DNA of 64,000 bases from an uncultured Acidobacteriota bacterium (lineage in GTDB: Bacteria; Acidobacteriota; Thermoanaerobaculia; Multivoradales; UBA5704). The position numbers were made by a program, and so were the translations under genes. Below are positions 36,501-45,904 of this stretch, piece by piece; position 1 is the stretch's first letter, and each line of letters opens with the position of its first letter. The stretch spans positions 1,280,001 through 1,344,000 of the forward strand of contig CAVYRF010000001.1 in assembly GCA_963770895.1 (NCBI GenBank). The letters are read 5' to 3'. The notes below the pieces were generated by a model. The model ran no database searches. It was not told the origin of the DNA and saw only the letters and a list, made by a program, of their open reading frames with translations.

Positions 36501-39500
36501 CTGTGCCACCGGCCGTATCGGTGGTGCCGATCGGCCGGCCGGTGGCCAACACCTGGGTGCGCCTGCTGGGCGCCGCGGGCGAGGAAGTGCCGATCGGGGC
36601 GGCGGGGGAGCTGTGCATCGGCGGCGTCCAGGTGTGCCGCGGCTACCTGGGACGGCCCGGCCTGACGGCGGAGCGGTTCGTGCCCGACCTGGTGGGCATG
36701 GGCCGCGCCCGCGGCGGACGGCTCTACCGCACCGGCGACCTGGCGCGCCACCTGCCGGACGGCGCCATCGACTACCTGGGCCGCATCGACGGCCAGGTGA
36801 AGGTGCGCGGCTTCCGCGTGGAGCTGGGCGAGATCGAGGCGGCGCTGCGGTCGCATCCGGCGGTGGGCGGCGCCGCCGTGGCGCTGCGCGCCCTGTCGGC
36901 GGCAACGGGCGCGCCCGAAGCGCTGGTCGGCTACCTGACCGGCGATGCGGGCGGCGAGCGGCCGGACGGCGAGGCGCTGCGCGGCTTCCTGGCCGCACGG
37001 CTGCCGCACTTCATGCTGCCGGCGGCGTTTGTCTGGCTCGACCGGCTGCCGCTGTCGCCCGCCGGCAAGCTGGACCGCCGGGCGCTGCCACCGCCCCCGG
37101 CAGCCGGCCAAGCAGATGCGGCGACTTCTGCGGCCGCCGGCGGCCTGTCGGCACGGCTGCCGGCGACGCCGGCCGAAGAGTTGGTGGCGTCGCTGTTCGC
37201 GGAGCTGCTGGCCCTGCCGGCTGTCGGGCGCGACGACGACTTCTTTGCCCTGGGCGGCCATTCGCTGCTCGCCACCAGTCTGGTGTCGCGCCTGCGCCAG
37301 CGGCGCGGCGTCGAGCTGCCGCTGCGCCGCATCTTCGAAACCCGGACCGTGGCCGCGGTTGCGCGGCTGCTCGACCAGGCCATGGACGACGCGGCGGCTG
37401 CACGGGCGATGAACGGCACTGTGACCGTCCCAGCTACCGACGCCCCGCCATCTGACCTGCCGACCAGCGGCGCGGCTGGTGGCCCGGCGGTGGACAGCAC
37501 TGTGGCCGCCCCGGCTACCGACCCCGCGACGGCGGGCCGGCCGACGGGCGGCGCGGCGGCTCTCCTGGCGCCGCCGATCCTGCCGGTGCCGCGCGACCGG
37601 CCGCTGCCGCTGTCGTTTGCGCAGCAGCGGTTGTGGTTTCTCGACCGTCTGACGCCCGGCAGTCCCCTTTACAACCTGCCGCTGGCGCTGCGCCTCGACG
37701 GGCCGCTGGCGCCCGCCCGCCTGGCGGCGGCGCTGTCCGCCCTGGTCCGCCGCCACGAGGCGCTGCGCACCGTCTTTGCGCTCGGCGACGACGGCGAGCC
37801 GCGCCAGCGCGTCCTGGTCGCGGCGCCGGTGGCGCTGCCGGCCGTCGACCTTGGTGGTGTGGCGCCCGCCCGCCGCGACCCGCTGGCCGCCGCCCTGGTC
37901 GCGCAGCTGGCGCTGCGGCCGTTCGACCTGGCGCACGGCCCGCTGCTGCGCGCCTGGCTGCTGCGCCTCGACTCGCGCCGCCACGTCCTCATGCTCGCCT
38001 TGCACCACGTCGCCGGCGACGGCTGGTCCCTCGGGCTGATCGTGCAGGAGCTGCTGCACCTATACGCGGCGGCCGGTGACGGCGCTGCGGTCGCCGGGGA
38101 GCCGCTGCCCGATCTGCCGATCCAGTACGCCGATTTTGCGGTGTGGCAGCGGCAGTGGCTGCGCGGCGCGGCGCTCGACGCCCAGCTTGCCTACTGGCGG
38201 GGCCAGCTGGCGGGGGCGCCAGGGCAGATCGAGCTGCCGGCCGACCGGCCCCGGCCGGCGCTGCACAGCGGGCGCGGCGGGGCGCGGCCCTTCGCCTGCG
38301 ACGCCGCCTGCACGGCGGCGCTGCGGCGGCTGGCGCAGGCGGCTGGCGGCACCCTGTTCATGACGCTCGCGGCGGCATTCCAGCTGCTCCTGGCGCGCTT
38401 TGCGGGCCAGCTGGACGTGAGCGTGGGGGTGCCCATCGCCAACCGCACCCGCGGCGAGACCGAGGGGCTGGTCGGCATGTTCGTCAACACCCTGGTGCTG
38501 CGCACGCGGGTCGCGCCCGAGGCCGACTTCGCGGCGCTGCTGGCGAGCGTCCGCGAGACCATGCTGGCCGCCTACGCCAACCAGGACCTGCCGTTCGAGC
38601 GGCTGGTCGCCGAGCTGCAGCCCGAGCGCGTGCGCTCGCAGTCGCCGCTGTTCCAGGTGATGCTGGCGCTGCAGAACCCGATGGCGCTGCCGCCGCCCGC
38701 CGGCGGCCTGTCGCTGGGGCTGTTCGCGGCGCCTTCGACCGGCGCCAAGTTCGATCTCACGCTGGCGCTGCGCGAATCCAGCGCCGGGTTGGAAGGCTCG
38801 CTCGAATACAGCCGCGACCTCTACGATCCCGCCACCGCCGAGCGCCTGGCGGGCTGCTTCGGCCACCTGTTGCACGCGGCCGCCGGCGAGGCCGCGCCAG
38901 CCGCCGGCAAGGCCGCGAACGGCGCACCTCCGCCGCCAGGTCTGCCGGTTTTCGCTCTCGACCTGGCCGGCGCCGCGATGCGCCACCAGCTGCTCGCGGA
39001 ATGGGGAGCCGGGCCGGTGGTGCGGCGTCCCGCTGGCCGCCTGGAGCATCTGGTTGCCGAGCAGGTGCGGCGCACCCCCGCCGCGGTGGCGGTGGTGCAG
39101 GGCACGGAGGCCCTGAGCTTCGGCGAGCTGGACGCGCGGGCGGCGCGGCTCGCCGCCCGTTTGCGCGCGCTGGGGGTGGGCGCCGAGGTGCCGGTCGGCA
39201 TCTGCGCCGAGCGCTCGCCGGCGCTGGTCGTGGGCCTGCTCGCCATCCTCAAGGCCGGCGGCGCCTGGCTGCCGCTCGATCCCAGCTACCCCGCGGCACG
39301 TCTGGCCCTGATGGCCGACGATGCGCGGATCCCGGTGCTGCTGCACGACGCCGCCGGCGCCCGCATCGCCGGCCTTGCCCCCGGCGCCGTCCGCATCGAC
39401 CTGGCCGCCGCCGTCGCCGGCCGGTTCGCGCCCGGCGCCGGTGCGCCGGTGCCGGCACTCGCACCGGCGCCGGCGGACCTGGACAGCGCCGCCTACGTGA

Positions 39501-42500
39501 TCTACACGTCGGGTTCGACCGGCAAGCCCAAGGGGGTGGTGATCTCCCAGCGCGCCATCTGCAACCACATGCTGTGGATGCGGCGCGCCATGCCGATGGG
39601 CCTTGACGATGCCCTGCTGCAACGCACGCCGTACAGCTTCGACGCGTCGGTATGGGAATTCTTGCTGCCGCTCATCACCGGCGCGCGCATCGCCCTGATC
39701 GAGCCCGCGGCGCACGGCGACGCCGACCGCGTGCTGCAGGCGATCGCCGACCACCAGGTGACCCTGGTGCAGATGGTGCCGGCGCTGCTCGACGTGCTGC
39801 TGGAACGGCCGCGCCTGGCCGCACGCTGCGCCACCCTGCGCGTCCTGCTCTGCGGCGGCGAGCCGCTCACCGCGGAGCTGGCGCGCCGCTTCGGCCAACG
39901 CCTTGGCGGACCGGCCGGCGTGACGCTCTGGAACATGTACGGCCCCACCGAGGCCACCATCGAAGTGACCAGCTGGCACTGGCGGCCGGGCGACGAAAGC
40001 GAGCGCGGCGTGCCGATCGGGCGGCCGCTCGACAACGTGACGGTGGCGGTGCTGGACGCCACGGGGCGCCTGGCGCCGCCGGGGGCGGCGGGCGAGCTGG
40101 TCCTGGGGGGCCCCGGCGTCGCCCGCGGCTACCTGGGGCAGCCCGAGCGCACCGCCGAGCGGTTCGTGCCCGATCCCCTGGGCCGCCACCCCGGCGACCG
40201 CCTGTACCGTACCGGCGACCTGGTGCGGTTCCGCCCCGACGGCGGCGTCGAGTTCCTGGGCCGCGCCGACAACCAGGTGAAGCTGCGCGGCTTTCGCATC
40301 GAGCTGGGCGAGATCGAGGCCGCCCTGCGCGCGCAGCCCGGCGTCGAGCAGGCCGCGGTGCTGGTCGTGGCGGCGCCGGACCGGCGGCTGGTCGCCTGCG
40401 TCGCCGGCCCCGGCTCCGGCGGCGCCCCCATCGACCCGCTGGCCCTGCGCCGCGGGCTGCGCGAGCGCCTGCCGGAGCACATGGTTCCGGCCGCCTTCGC
40501 GGTGCTGCCGGCGCTGCCGCTGACCGTCCACGGCAAGCTCGACCGCCGCGCCCTGGAGCGGGTCGCAGCGGCCACGACGGCGGCGACCGCCGCGCCGCCG
40601 GCGACCCCTGAGGCCGGCGCCGGCGACGCGCCGCCGGCGCTCAGCCCCTACGAAGAGCTGGTCGCGGGGGTCTGGCAGCAGGTGCTGGGCGGCGCCCGGC
40701 CGCGGCCCGCGGACCACTTCTTCGAGCTGGGCGGCCACTCGCTGCTCGCCACCCAGCTGGTCTCGCGCCTGGGCGCGACGCTCGACGTCGACCTGCCGCT
40801 GGCGCGGGTTTTCGAGTCGCCGACCCTGGCGGGCCTTGCCGCGGCCGTGGCGGCGGCGCAAGGCCAGCCGGCGCGGGCGCCCATCCGCCGCGCGCCGCGG
40901 TGGCAGGGGGCGGCGCCGCTCTCCCATGCGCAGGAAGGGCTGTGGTTCCTGGATCGCCTGGAGCCCGGCCGGGGCACCTACAACATGCCGGTGGCGTACA
41001 CCGTCCTGGGCCACCTGGTGCCCGCCCGCTTCGACGCCGCGCTGAGCGAGATCGTGCGGCGCCACGAGATCCTGCGCACCCATTTCGTCGAGGCCGGCGA
41101 CCAGCCCCAGCAACGCGTCCTGCCGCCGTCGCGCGTGCGCCTGCCGCTGCTGGATCTGGGCGGGTTGCCCGCGGCGCGGCGCGCGCCCGAAGCGCTGCGC
41201 CTCGCAGGCGTTGAGGCGCGGCGGCCGTTCGACCTGGCGCGCGGTCCGCTGCTGCGCGGCGCCCTGCTGCGCGGCGCCGGAGCCGGCGCCGGCGAGCACG
41301 CGCTGGTGCTCAACCTGCACCACATCGTCGCCGACGGGTGGTCGGTGGCAGTGCTGGTCGAAGAGATGGACGTGCTCTACCGCGCTGCCCGCGCCGGCAC
41401 GCCAAGCCCGCTGCCCGAGCTGCCGATCCAGTACGGCGACGTCGCGCTCTGGCAGCGCCAGTGGCTGGACCAGCCGGAGCTGGATCGCCAGCTGGCCTGG
41501 TGGCGCCAGCGGCTGGCGGCGGCGCCGGCGGCGATCGAGCTGCCCACCGACCGGCCGCGGCCGGCGGCGCAGAGCTACCGCGGCGGCGGCGCCCAGCTGC
41601 TGCTCGATGCGCCGGCCGCGGCGCGCCTGGCGGCCTGCGGCAGGCGCCACGGTGCGACCCTGTTCATGACGCTCCTGGCCGGCTGCGCCGCCCTGCTCGC
41701 CCGCTGGAGCCGCCAGGACGAGGTGGTGGTGGGGACGCCGATCGCCAACCGCCACCACCCTGAAACCGAGCGGCTGATCGGCTTTTTCGTCAACACCCTG
41801 GCGCTGCGCTGCGACCTGACCGGCGATCCTTCGGCCGCCGAGCTGCTGGCCCGCGTGCGCGCGACGGCGCTAGCCGCCTATGCCCACCAGGACCTGCCCT
41901 TCGACCGCCTGGTGGCCGACCTGCGACCCCAGCGCCTGCTCGGTCAGAACCCCGTCTTCCAGGTGATGTGCGCGCTGCAGAACGCGCCGCGGGCGGAGGT
42001 GCGCCTGGCGGACCTGCGGCTGGTGCCGCTGGCGCTGCCGGCGCCCACCGCCAAGTTCGACCTGGCGCTGTCGTGGGAAGAGCGCGCCGGCGCCGGCGAA
42101 GGGGAAAGCGCCGGCGCCGGCGGCCCGCACCTGCTGGCCAGGCTTTCGTACGCCGCCGACCTGTTCGACGCCGCGACGATGGCGCGCCTGCTCGGCCAGC
42201 TGCGCCACCTGCTCGCCGGCCTGGTCGACCATCCCGACCGCCGGGTCGGCGAGCTGCCGCTCCTGGGTGCCGCCGAGCGCCACCAGCTGTTGTGCGAATG
42301 GAACCACTCGCCCTGGCGGGAGGGCGCCGCCGCGGGTGCCGCAGACCTGGTGCACTCGCCTTTCGAGCGCCGCGCGGCGCAGCAGCCGGACGCCACGGCC
42401 GTGGTCGCCGGCGACCGGAGCCTGTCCTATGGCCAGCTGGCGACGCAAGCGCGCACCGTGGCGCGCCGGCTGCGCGCGCTGGGGGTGGGAAGCGAAAGCC

Positions 42501-45154
42501 TGGTGGCGATCTGTGCCGAAACTTCCTTTGCCGCCGTGGCGGCGCTCTTCGGCGTCCTGCGCGCCGGCGCCGCCTATCTGCCGCTCGATCCCGCCCATCC
42601 GCCCGAGCGCCTGGCGCGCCTGCTGGCCGCCGCGGGCGCCGTGGCCGTCCTTGCCGACGATGCCGCCGCCCGGTTGCTGCCCCCGACAGCGCTGGTGCTG
42701 CGCCTGGATGAGGTGGCAGGAGAGATGGGAAGCCGTTTGCCGGTGCATGCGGACGCGGCGCCGCCGCGGATCGATGCCGACAACGTGGCGTACGTCTTTT
42801 TCACCTCGGGTTCGACCGGCACGCCGAAGGGCGTGGTGGTGTCGCATCGCGCGGTGAGCAATCGCCTGCGCTTCCAGGTCGCCCGCGACCTGGCGCCGGG
42901 CGCCCGCGTGTTGCAGCGCAGCCGCCTGGCGTTCGACATCTCGGTGATCGAAATCTTTGCGCCGCTGTGGGCGGGGGCGACGCTGGTGCTGGCGCCGGCG
43001 GCCGGCGCGCAGGACCCGGCCCTGCTGGCGCGCCTGCTGGTCGAACAGCAGGTGACCAACACCAACGTGCCCCCCGGCATGCTGCCGGCGCTGCTGGGCG
43101 AAGAGGCGCTGCGCGGCGGCGCGGCCTTGCGCCGCGTCACCACCGGCGGCGAAAGCGTGCCGGCCGACCTGCCGCGCCTCTTCGCCGCGGCCTTCGCCGG
43201 CATGCCGGCGCCGCCGCTGCTGCAATCGCGCTATGGACCGACGGAGGCCGCGGTGTCGGTCAGCGAATGGGACTGCCGCGTGCCGCACGGCGGCTCCACG
43301 GTCCCCCTGGGGCGCCCGATCGCCGGCAGCCGCCTGTACGTCGTCGACCGCGGCTTTGGCGCGGCGCCGCCGGGCGTCGCCGGCGAGCTGTGCATCGGCG
43401 GCGTCTGCCTGGCGCGCTGCTATCACGATCGGCCCGACCTGACCGCGGCGGCGTTCGTTCCCGACCCCTTTGCCGGCGCGCCCGGCGCGCTTGACGCAGC
43501 CGGTGTGCCCGGCCCGGCGGGCGGCAGGCTCTATCGCACCGGCGACCTGGCAAGGCGGCAGCCTGACGGCGCCCTCGTCTTTCTGGGCCGCATCGACTGG
43601 CAGGTCAAGGTGCGCGGCTTCCGCATCGAGACGGGTGAGATCCAGAGCGTGCTCGCCCGCCATCCGCAGGTGAGCCAGGCGGCGGTGGTGGCCCGCGCCG
43701 GCGGGCAGGCAGGTGCCGACGCGGCGCTGCACCTGGTCGCCTATGTCGTGCCCCACGCAACGCCGCCTGCCGGCACGGCGACGGCGGCGACCGACCTGGT
43801 GGCGGAGCTGCGCCGCCACGCCGCGGCCGAGCTGCCGGACTACATGGTGCCGGCCGCGTTCGTGGTGCTCGACCAGCTGCCGCTGACCGCCAACGGCAAG
43901 CTGGACCGCGCCGCCCTGCCGGCGCCCGACCTGGCGCGGCAGGCCGCCGCACGTCCTTACACCGCCCCGCGCACGCCGATCGAGCTGGGCCTGGCCGAGG
44001 TCTGGCAGGACCTGCTGGGCATCGATCGCGCCGACCGCGCCGGTCGCATCGGTGTTCAGGACAGCTTCTTCGAGCTGGGCGGGCATTCGCTGCTGGCGGC
44101 CCGGCTGATGGCGCGCATCCGCCAGCGCTTCGGCCGCGAGCTGCCGGTCGCCACCCTGTTCCGCGCCGACACCATCGAGCGCCTTGCGGCGCTGCTGGAA
44201 TCCGGCGCCGGCGCGCCCGTCCGCGCCGCCCTGGTGACGCTGACGCCGCCGGCGCAAAGCGCCGCGGGCCGGGCGGCGACGCTGCCCCTGTTCTGCGTCC
44301 ACCCGGCCGGTGGCAACGTCCTTTGCTACGCCGAGCTGGCGCGCGCCCTGGGGCCGTGCCAGGCGTTTTACGGTCTGCAGCTGCCGGACCCCAAGCTGCT
44401 GGGTACGGACCCCACCATCGAGACCATCGCCGCCGTTTATGTCGCGGAGCTGATCCAGGCGGCGCCGGCCGGCCCCTGCGCCCTGGCCGGCTGGTCGCTC
44501 GGCGGCGCCATCGCCTTCGAAATGGCGCGCCAGCTGCAGCTTGCCGGCCGCGTCGTGCACCTGCTGGCGCTGATCGATCCGTCCCCGGTCACCCGCTGTG
44601 ACGCCGCCTGCGCGGCGCCCGCGGCTCCCCTGGCGGAATCGCGCCTGGCTGCCGAGTTCGCCTACGATCTGGTGGCGCTGGCCGGCCACGGCGGAGAGCG
44701 CGATGTGCAGCACTTGGCGGTGGCGCAGGAGATCCAGGGCGGAATGCTCGGGGTGCGGGACCTGGCTGCCGCGGCGCAGGCCGCCGGCCTGCTTTCGGAG
44801 GATTTGACGGCAGACGATGTCGAGCGCCTTTTCGCGCTGTACCGCACCTGCCGCCAGGCCCTGCATCGCTACCGGCCGCAGCCCTATGGAGGACCGCTCA
44901 CTCTCCTGGTCGCCGCCGATCCGCTGGCCCTGCCGGCGCCGGGCGTGCCGCCGGCCCTGCCGGCCGCGCCGCCGCGCCAGGCCGGCAGGTTTGCCGGGGC
45001 GCATGCCGCCGCCGCCAGCTGGGTGGCGCTGGCCGCCGGCAAGGCCGAGATCGAGCTGCTGCCGGGCGACCACTATTCGATCGTGCGCGCGCCGGCGGTG
45101 GCGGCGCTGGCCAGCCGCCTGCGGCGGCGTCTGGCCGCGCCGCGCACGGCGTAG
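33596..45154 (+). CDS. NRPS, T-C-A-T-C-A-T-C-A-T-TE
   Basis: LGLDSL carrier; C motifs HHLVAD, HHVAGD, HHIVAD; three A domains (TSGSTG.PKG, YGPTE, YRTGDL); three GGHSL carriers; TE GWSLG and GDHY. Confidence 0.96.
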   Translation: MSDGLSREDAATPSRPPSEVDCGVDARLTACVRGAVARVLGLDAARVPMERSLVALGLDSLAAAELAGAIEEELGVAVPLAGLLAGASLAELAAQVRQLSVPVAAGGDAAGVAPWEPAALGEAAGGGPLSYGQRAILALDRLAPGNAAYVIAGAAWLEGDLPAARLRWALSALVARHAALRVTFGELDGEGVQTVAPQGGAEWVEQDGQGWGAERRQEWLALQAHRSFDLARGPLLRLALLRLGAGPPLAVLAVHHLVADFQSLAVMLAELGALVHGRELPAPPGLGYADFVRREAAWVAGAAGNLQAAYWRELLARGAPALALPADRPRPALPTWRGGSCAVQLDAAAGRALEAAGRAAGATPFMTLLAVFQTLLHRLSGQDHVWVGTPAAGLRGADFAGVVGYFVNPLAVRGDLAGRPRFEQLLGRVREASVAAFAHQELPFALVAEQLAGPRDPSRPPIFQAMFVLYRERQGECGMGALALGREGAACTLGGLAVRPAALPRRAAQMDLTLQVAQVDGAPAAALQFNSDLIDAATARRWAEQLRALHAGAAADPSRRLDELPLLSPSERHQVSLEWNDTASGFEGWGGPGQLEGQRQGRGRQGRQPLGRDPGRRREAAESCLHELVEDQVRRTPDAIAVADAEGRCLSFGALNAGANQLARRLRRWGVGRESVVAICAERAAAAMVGLIAILKAGGAYLPLDPGYPAERLRFMLEDSGATVLLAQRRLAARLGEPLPAALRTLWLDDVGAAGAGGAAWRRGAARNLPAAATPDNLAYVIYTSGSTGRPKGTMNSHRGIVNRLLWMQQRYGLAGDDRVLQKTPWSFDVSVWELFWPLLTGARLVMALPGAHGDPAYLRRAIAAEAITTLHFVPAMLAAFVAALPAPSGGMAPGAPCPAAAGAATAAGSPDLATLRRVMASGEALPYELQQQHAWAIGAPLHNLYGPTEAAVDVTSWATEPDGARRLAVPPAVSVVPIGRPVANTWVRLLGAAGEEVPIGAAGELCIGGVQVCRGYLGRPGLTAERFVPDLVGMGRARGGRLYRTGDLARHLPDGAIDYLGRIDGQVKVRGFRVELGEIEAALRSHPAVGGAAVALRALSAATGAPEALVGYLTGDAGGERPDGEALRGFLAARLPHFMLPAAFVWLDRLPLSPAGKLDRRALPPPPAAGQADAATSAAAGGLSARLPATPAEELVASLFAELLALPAVGRDDDFFALGGHSLLATSLVSRLRQRRGVELPLRRIFETRTVAAVARLLDQAMDDAAAARAMNGTVTVPATDAPPSDLPTSGAAGGPAVDSTVAAPATDPATAGRPTGGAAALLAPPILPVPRDRPLPLSFAQQRLWFLDRLTPGSPLYNLPLALRLDGPLAPARLAAALSALVRRHEALRTVFALGDDGEPRQRVLVAAPVALPAVDLGGVAPARRDPLAAALVAQLALRPFDLAHGPLLRAWLLRLDSRRHVLMLALHHVAGDGWSLGLIVQELLHLYAAAGDGAAVAGEPLPDLPIQYADFAVWQRQWLRGAALDAQLAYWRGQLAGAPGQIELPADRPRPALHSGRGGARPFACDAACTAALRRLAQAAGGTLFMTLAAAFQLLLARFAGQLDVSVGVPIANRTRGETEGLVGMFVNTLVLRTRVAPEADFAALLASVRETMLAAYANQDLPFERLVAELQPERVRSQSPLFQVMLALQNPMALPPPAGGLSLGLFAAPSTGAKFDLTLALRESSAGLEGSLEYSRDLYDPATAERLAGCFGHLLHAAAGEAAPAAGKAANGAPPPPGLPVFALDLAGAAMRHQLLAEWGAGPVVRRPAGRLEHLVAEQVRRTPAAVAVVQGTEALSFGELDARAARLAARLRALGVGAEVPVGICAERSPALVVGLLAILKAGGAWLPLDPSYPAARLALMADDARIPVLLHDAAGARIAGLAPGAVRIDLAAAVAGRFAPGAGAPVPALAPAPADLDSAAYVIYTSGSTGKPKGVVISQRAICNHMLWMRRAMPMGLDDALLQRTPYSFDASVWEFLLPLITGARIALIEPAAHGDADRVLQAIADHQVTLVQMVPALLDVLLERPRLAARCATLRVLLCGGEPLTAELARRFGQRLGGPAGVTLWNMYGPTEATIEVTSWHWRPGDESERGVPIGRPLDNVTVAVLDATGRLAPPGAAGELVLGGPGVARGYLGQPERTAERFVPDPLGRHPGDRLYRTGDLVRFRPDGGVEFLGRADNQVKLRGFRIELGEIEAALRAQPGVEQAAVLVVAAPDRRLVACVAGPGSGGAPIDPLALRRGLRERLPEHMVPAAFAVLPALPLTVHGKLDRRALERVAAATTAATAAPPATPEAGAGDAPPALSPYEELVAGVWQQVLGGARPRPADHFFELGGHSLLATQLVSRLGATLDVDLPLARVFESPTLAGLAAAVAAAQGQPARAPIRRAPRWQGAAPLSHAQEGLWFLDRLEPGRGTYNMPVAYTVLGHLVPARFDAALSEIVRRHEILRTHFVEAGDQPQQRVLPPSRVRLPLLDLGGLPAARRAPEALRLAGVEARRPFDLARGPLLRGALLRGAGAGAGEHALVLNLHHIVADGWSVAVLVEEMDVLYRAARAGTPSPLPELPIQYGDVALWQRQWLDQPELDRQLAWWRQRLAAAPAAIELPTDRPRPAAQSYRGGGAQLLLDAPAAARLAACGRRHGATLFMTLLAGCAALLARWSRQDEVVVGTPIANRHHPETERLIGFFVNTLALRCDLTGDPSAAELLARVRATALAAYAHQDLPFDRLVADLRPQRLLGQNPVFQVMCALQNAPRAEVRLADLRLVPLALPAPTAKFDLALSWEERAGAGEGESAGAGGPHLLARLSYAADLFDAATMARLLGQLRHLLAGLVDHPDRRVGELPLLGAAERHQLLCEWNHSPWREGAAAGAADLVHSPFERRAAQQPDATAVVAGDRSLSYGQLATQARTVARRLRALGVGSESLVAICAETSFAAVAALFGVLRAGAAYLPLDPAHPPERLARLLAAAGAVAVLADDAAARLLPPTALVLRLDEVAGEMGSRLPVHADAAPPRIDADNVAYVFFTSGSTGTPKGVVVSHRAVSNRLRFQVARDLAPGARVLQRSRLAFDISVIEIFAPLWAGATLVLAPAAGAQDPALLARLLVEQQVTNTNVPPGMLPALLGEEALRGGAALRRVTTGGESVPADLPRLFAAAFAGMPAPPLLQSRYGPTEAAVSVSEWDCRVPHGGSTVPLGRPIAGSRLYVVDRGFGAAPPGVAGELCIGGVCLARCYHDRPDLTAAAFVPDPFAGAPGALDAAGVPGPAGGRLYRTGDLARRQPDGALVFLGRIDWQVKVRGFRIETGEIQSVLARHPQVSQAAVVARAGGQAGADAALHLVAYVVPHATPPAGTATAATDLVAELRRHAAAELPDYMVPAAFVVLDQLPLTANGKLDRAALPAPDLARQAAARPYTAPRTPIELGLAEVWQDLLGIDRADRAGRIGVQDSFFELGGHSLLAARLMARIRQRFGRELPVATLFRADTIERLAALLESGAGAPVRAALVTLTPPAQSAAGRAATLPLFCVHPAGGNVLCYAELARALGPCQAFYGLQLPDPKLLGTDPTIETIAAVYVAELIQAAPAGPCALAGWSLGGAIAFEMARQLQLAGRVVHLLALIDPSPVTRCDAACAAPAAPLAESRLAAEFAYDLVALAGHGGERDVQHLAVAQEIQGGMLGVRDLAAAAQAAGLLSEDLTADDVERLFALYRTCRQALHRYRPQPYGGPLTLLVAADPLALPAPGVPPALPAAPPRQAGRFAGAHAAAASWVALAAGKAEIELLPGDHYSIVRAPAVAALASRLRRRLAAPRTA
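37417..37560 (+). repeat. Imperfect tandem duplication (about 80 bp) in the NRPS T1-C2 linker
   Basis: gcactgtgaccgtcccagctaccgac versus gcactgtggccgccccggctaccgac. Confidence 0.65.
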
Positions 45155-45222
45155 CCCAGCCGCCGACGGTCAGAACCGCCGGCGCCGCCCGCCACCACCG
45201 GCGCGGCACCGTCCGGTCCCGA

Positions 45223-45774
45223 TCAGTAGTCCTGCGGCGGCACGCCCATGTAGGCGCCGGCGGCGCGCAGGGCGTTCCACATGTTGTTGGGCTCGCGCTG
45301 GAAGGACTGCGTGAACAGCTGTTCGGCGCGGGCGCGGTCGCCCTTGAGCAGGTAGTAGGCGCCGATCTCGGCCTGCCAGTCCTCGTCGTCGGGCTTCAGC
45401 TGCAGCACCTTGTCGAAGGCGACGCGGGCCTTGTCCCACTCGCCGGCTTCGCGGTACGTCCGCCCGATGCGCATCCAGTCGCCGGCTTCCGCCTTCTTGC
45501 CGTTGGTGATCGAATCGAAGATGGCCTGGCCCGCCGCCTTCTGTTTGCCCAGGTAGTAGACGCGGCCGATGCCGATGTTCTCCCAGCTGCCCTTTTCGGC
45601 CAGCACCTTGGCGGCGTCGAGCAGCGACGCCGCGGCGTCCTGCGGCGTCTTGCCGGTATACAGCGCCGGCGTCACGGTGTCCTTCTTGGCCCAGGCCCCC
45701 GCCGCCAGGCCGAGCACGAACGTCGCGGCGAACGCGGCGGCCATCGCCACCGGAAAGCGCTTGCTTCCTGTCAT
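45223..45774 (-). CDS. Secreted TPR protein
   Basis: Signal peptide (AWA), TPR-like helices, AAGGAG RBS. Confidence 0.82.
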   Translation of the reverse strand: MTGSKRFPVAMAAAFAATFVLGLAAGAWAKKDTVTPALYTGKTPQDAAASLLDAAKVLAEKGSWENIGIGRVYYLGKQKAAGQAIFDSITNGKKAEAGDWMRIGRTYREAGEWDKARVAFDKVLQLKPDDEDWQAEIGAYYLLKGDRARAEQLFTQSFQREPNNMWNALRAAGAYMGVPPQDY

Positions 45775-45904
45775 CGTCGTCTCCTTGGATCGGGTAAAAA
45801 ACGACCGCAGTCTATAAGAGTGCTCCCGGCTTGCGTGCCGGCCTCCACGCCCGCCTGCTGCCGACAGCCGCCGCGGCGTGTGGCAGAATGCCGGCAGCTA
45901 GCCG

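Noticed and set aside
33371-45073. Very long minus-strand ORFs (1562, 1232 and 1067 aa) opposite the NRPS
   Set aside because: Antisense shadows of a high-GC3 gene; no domain motifs.
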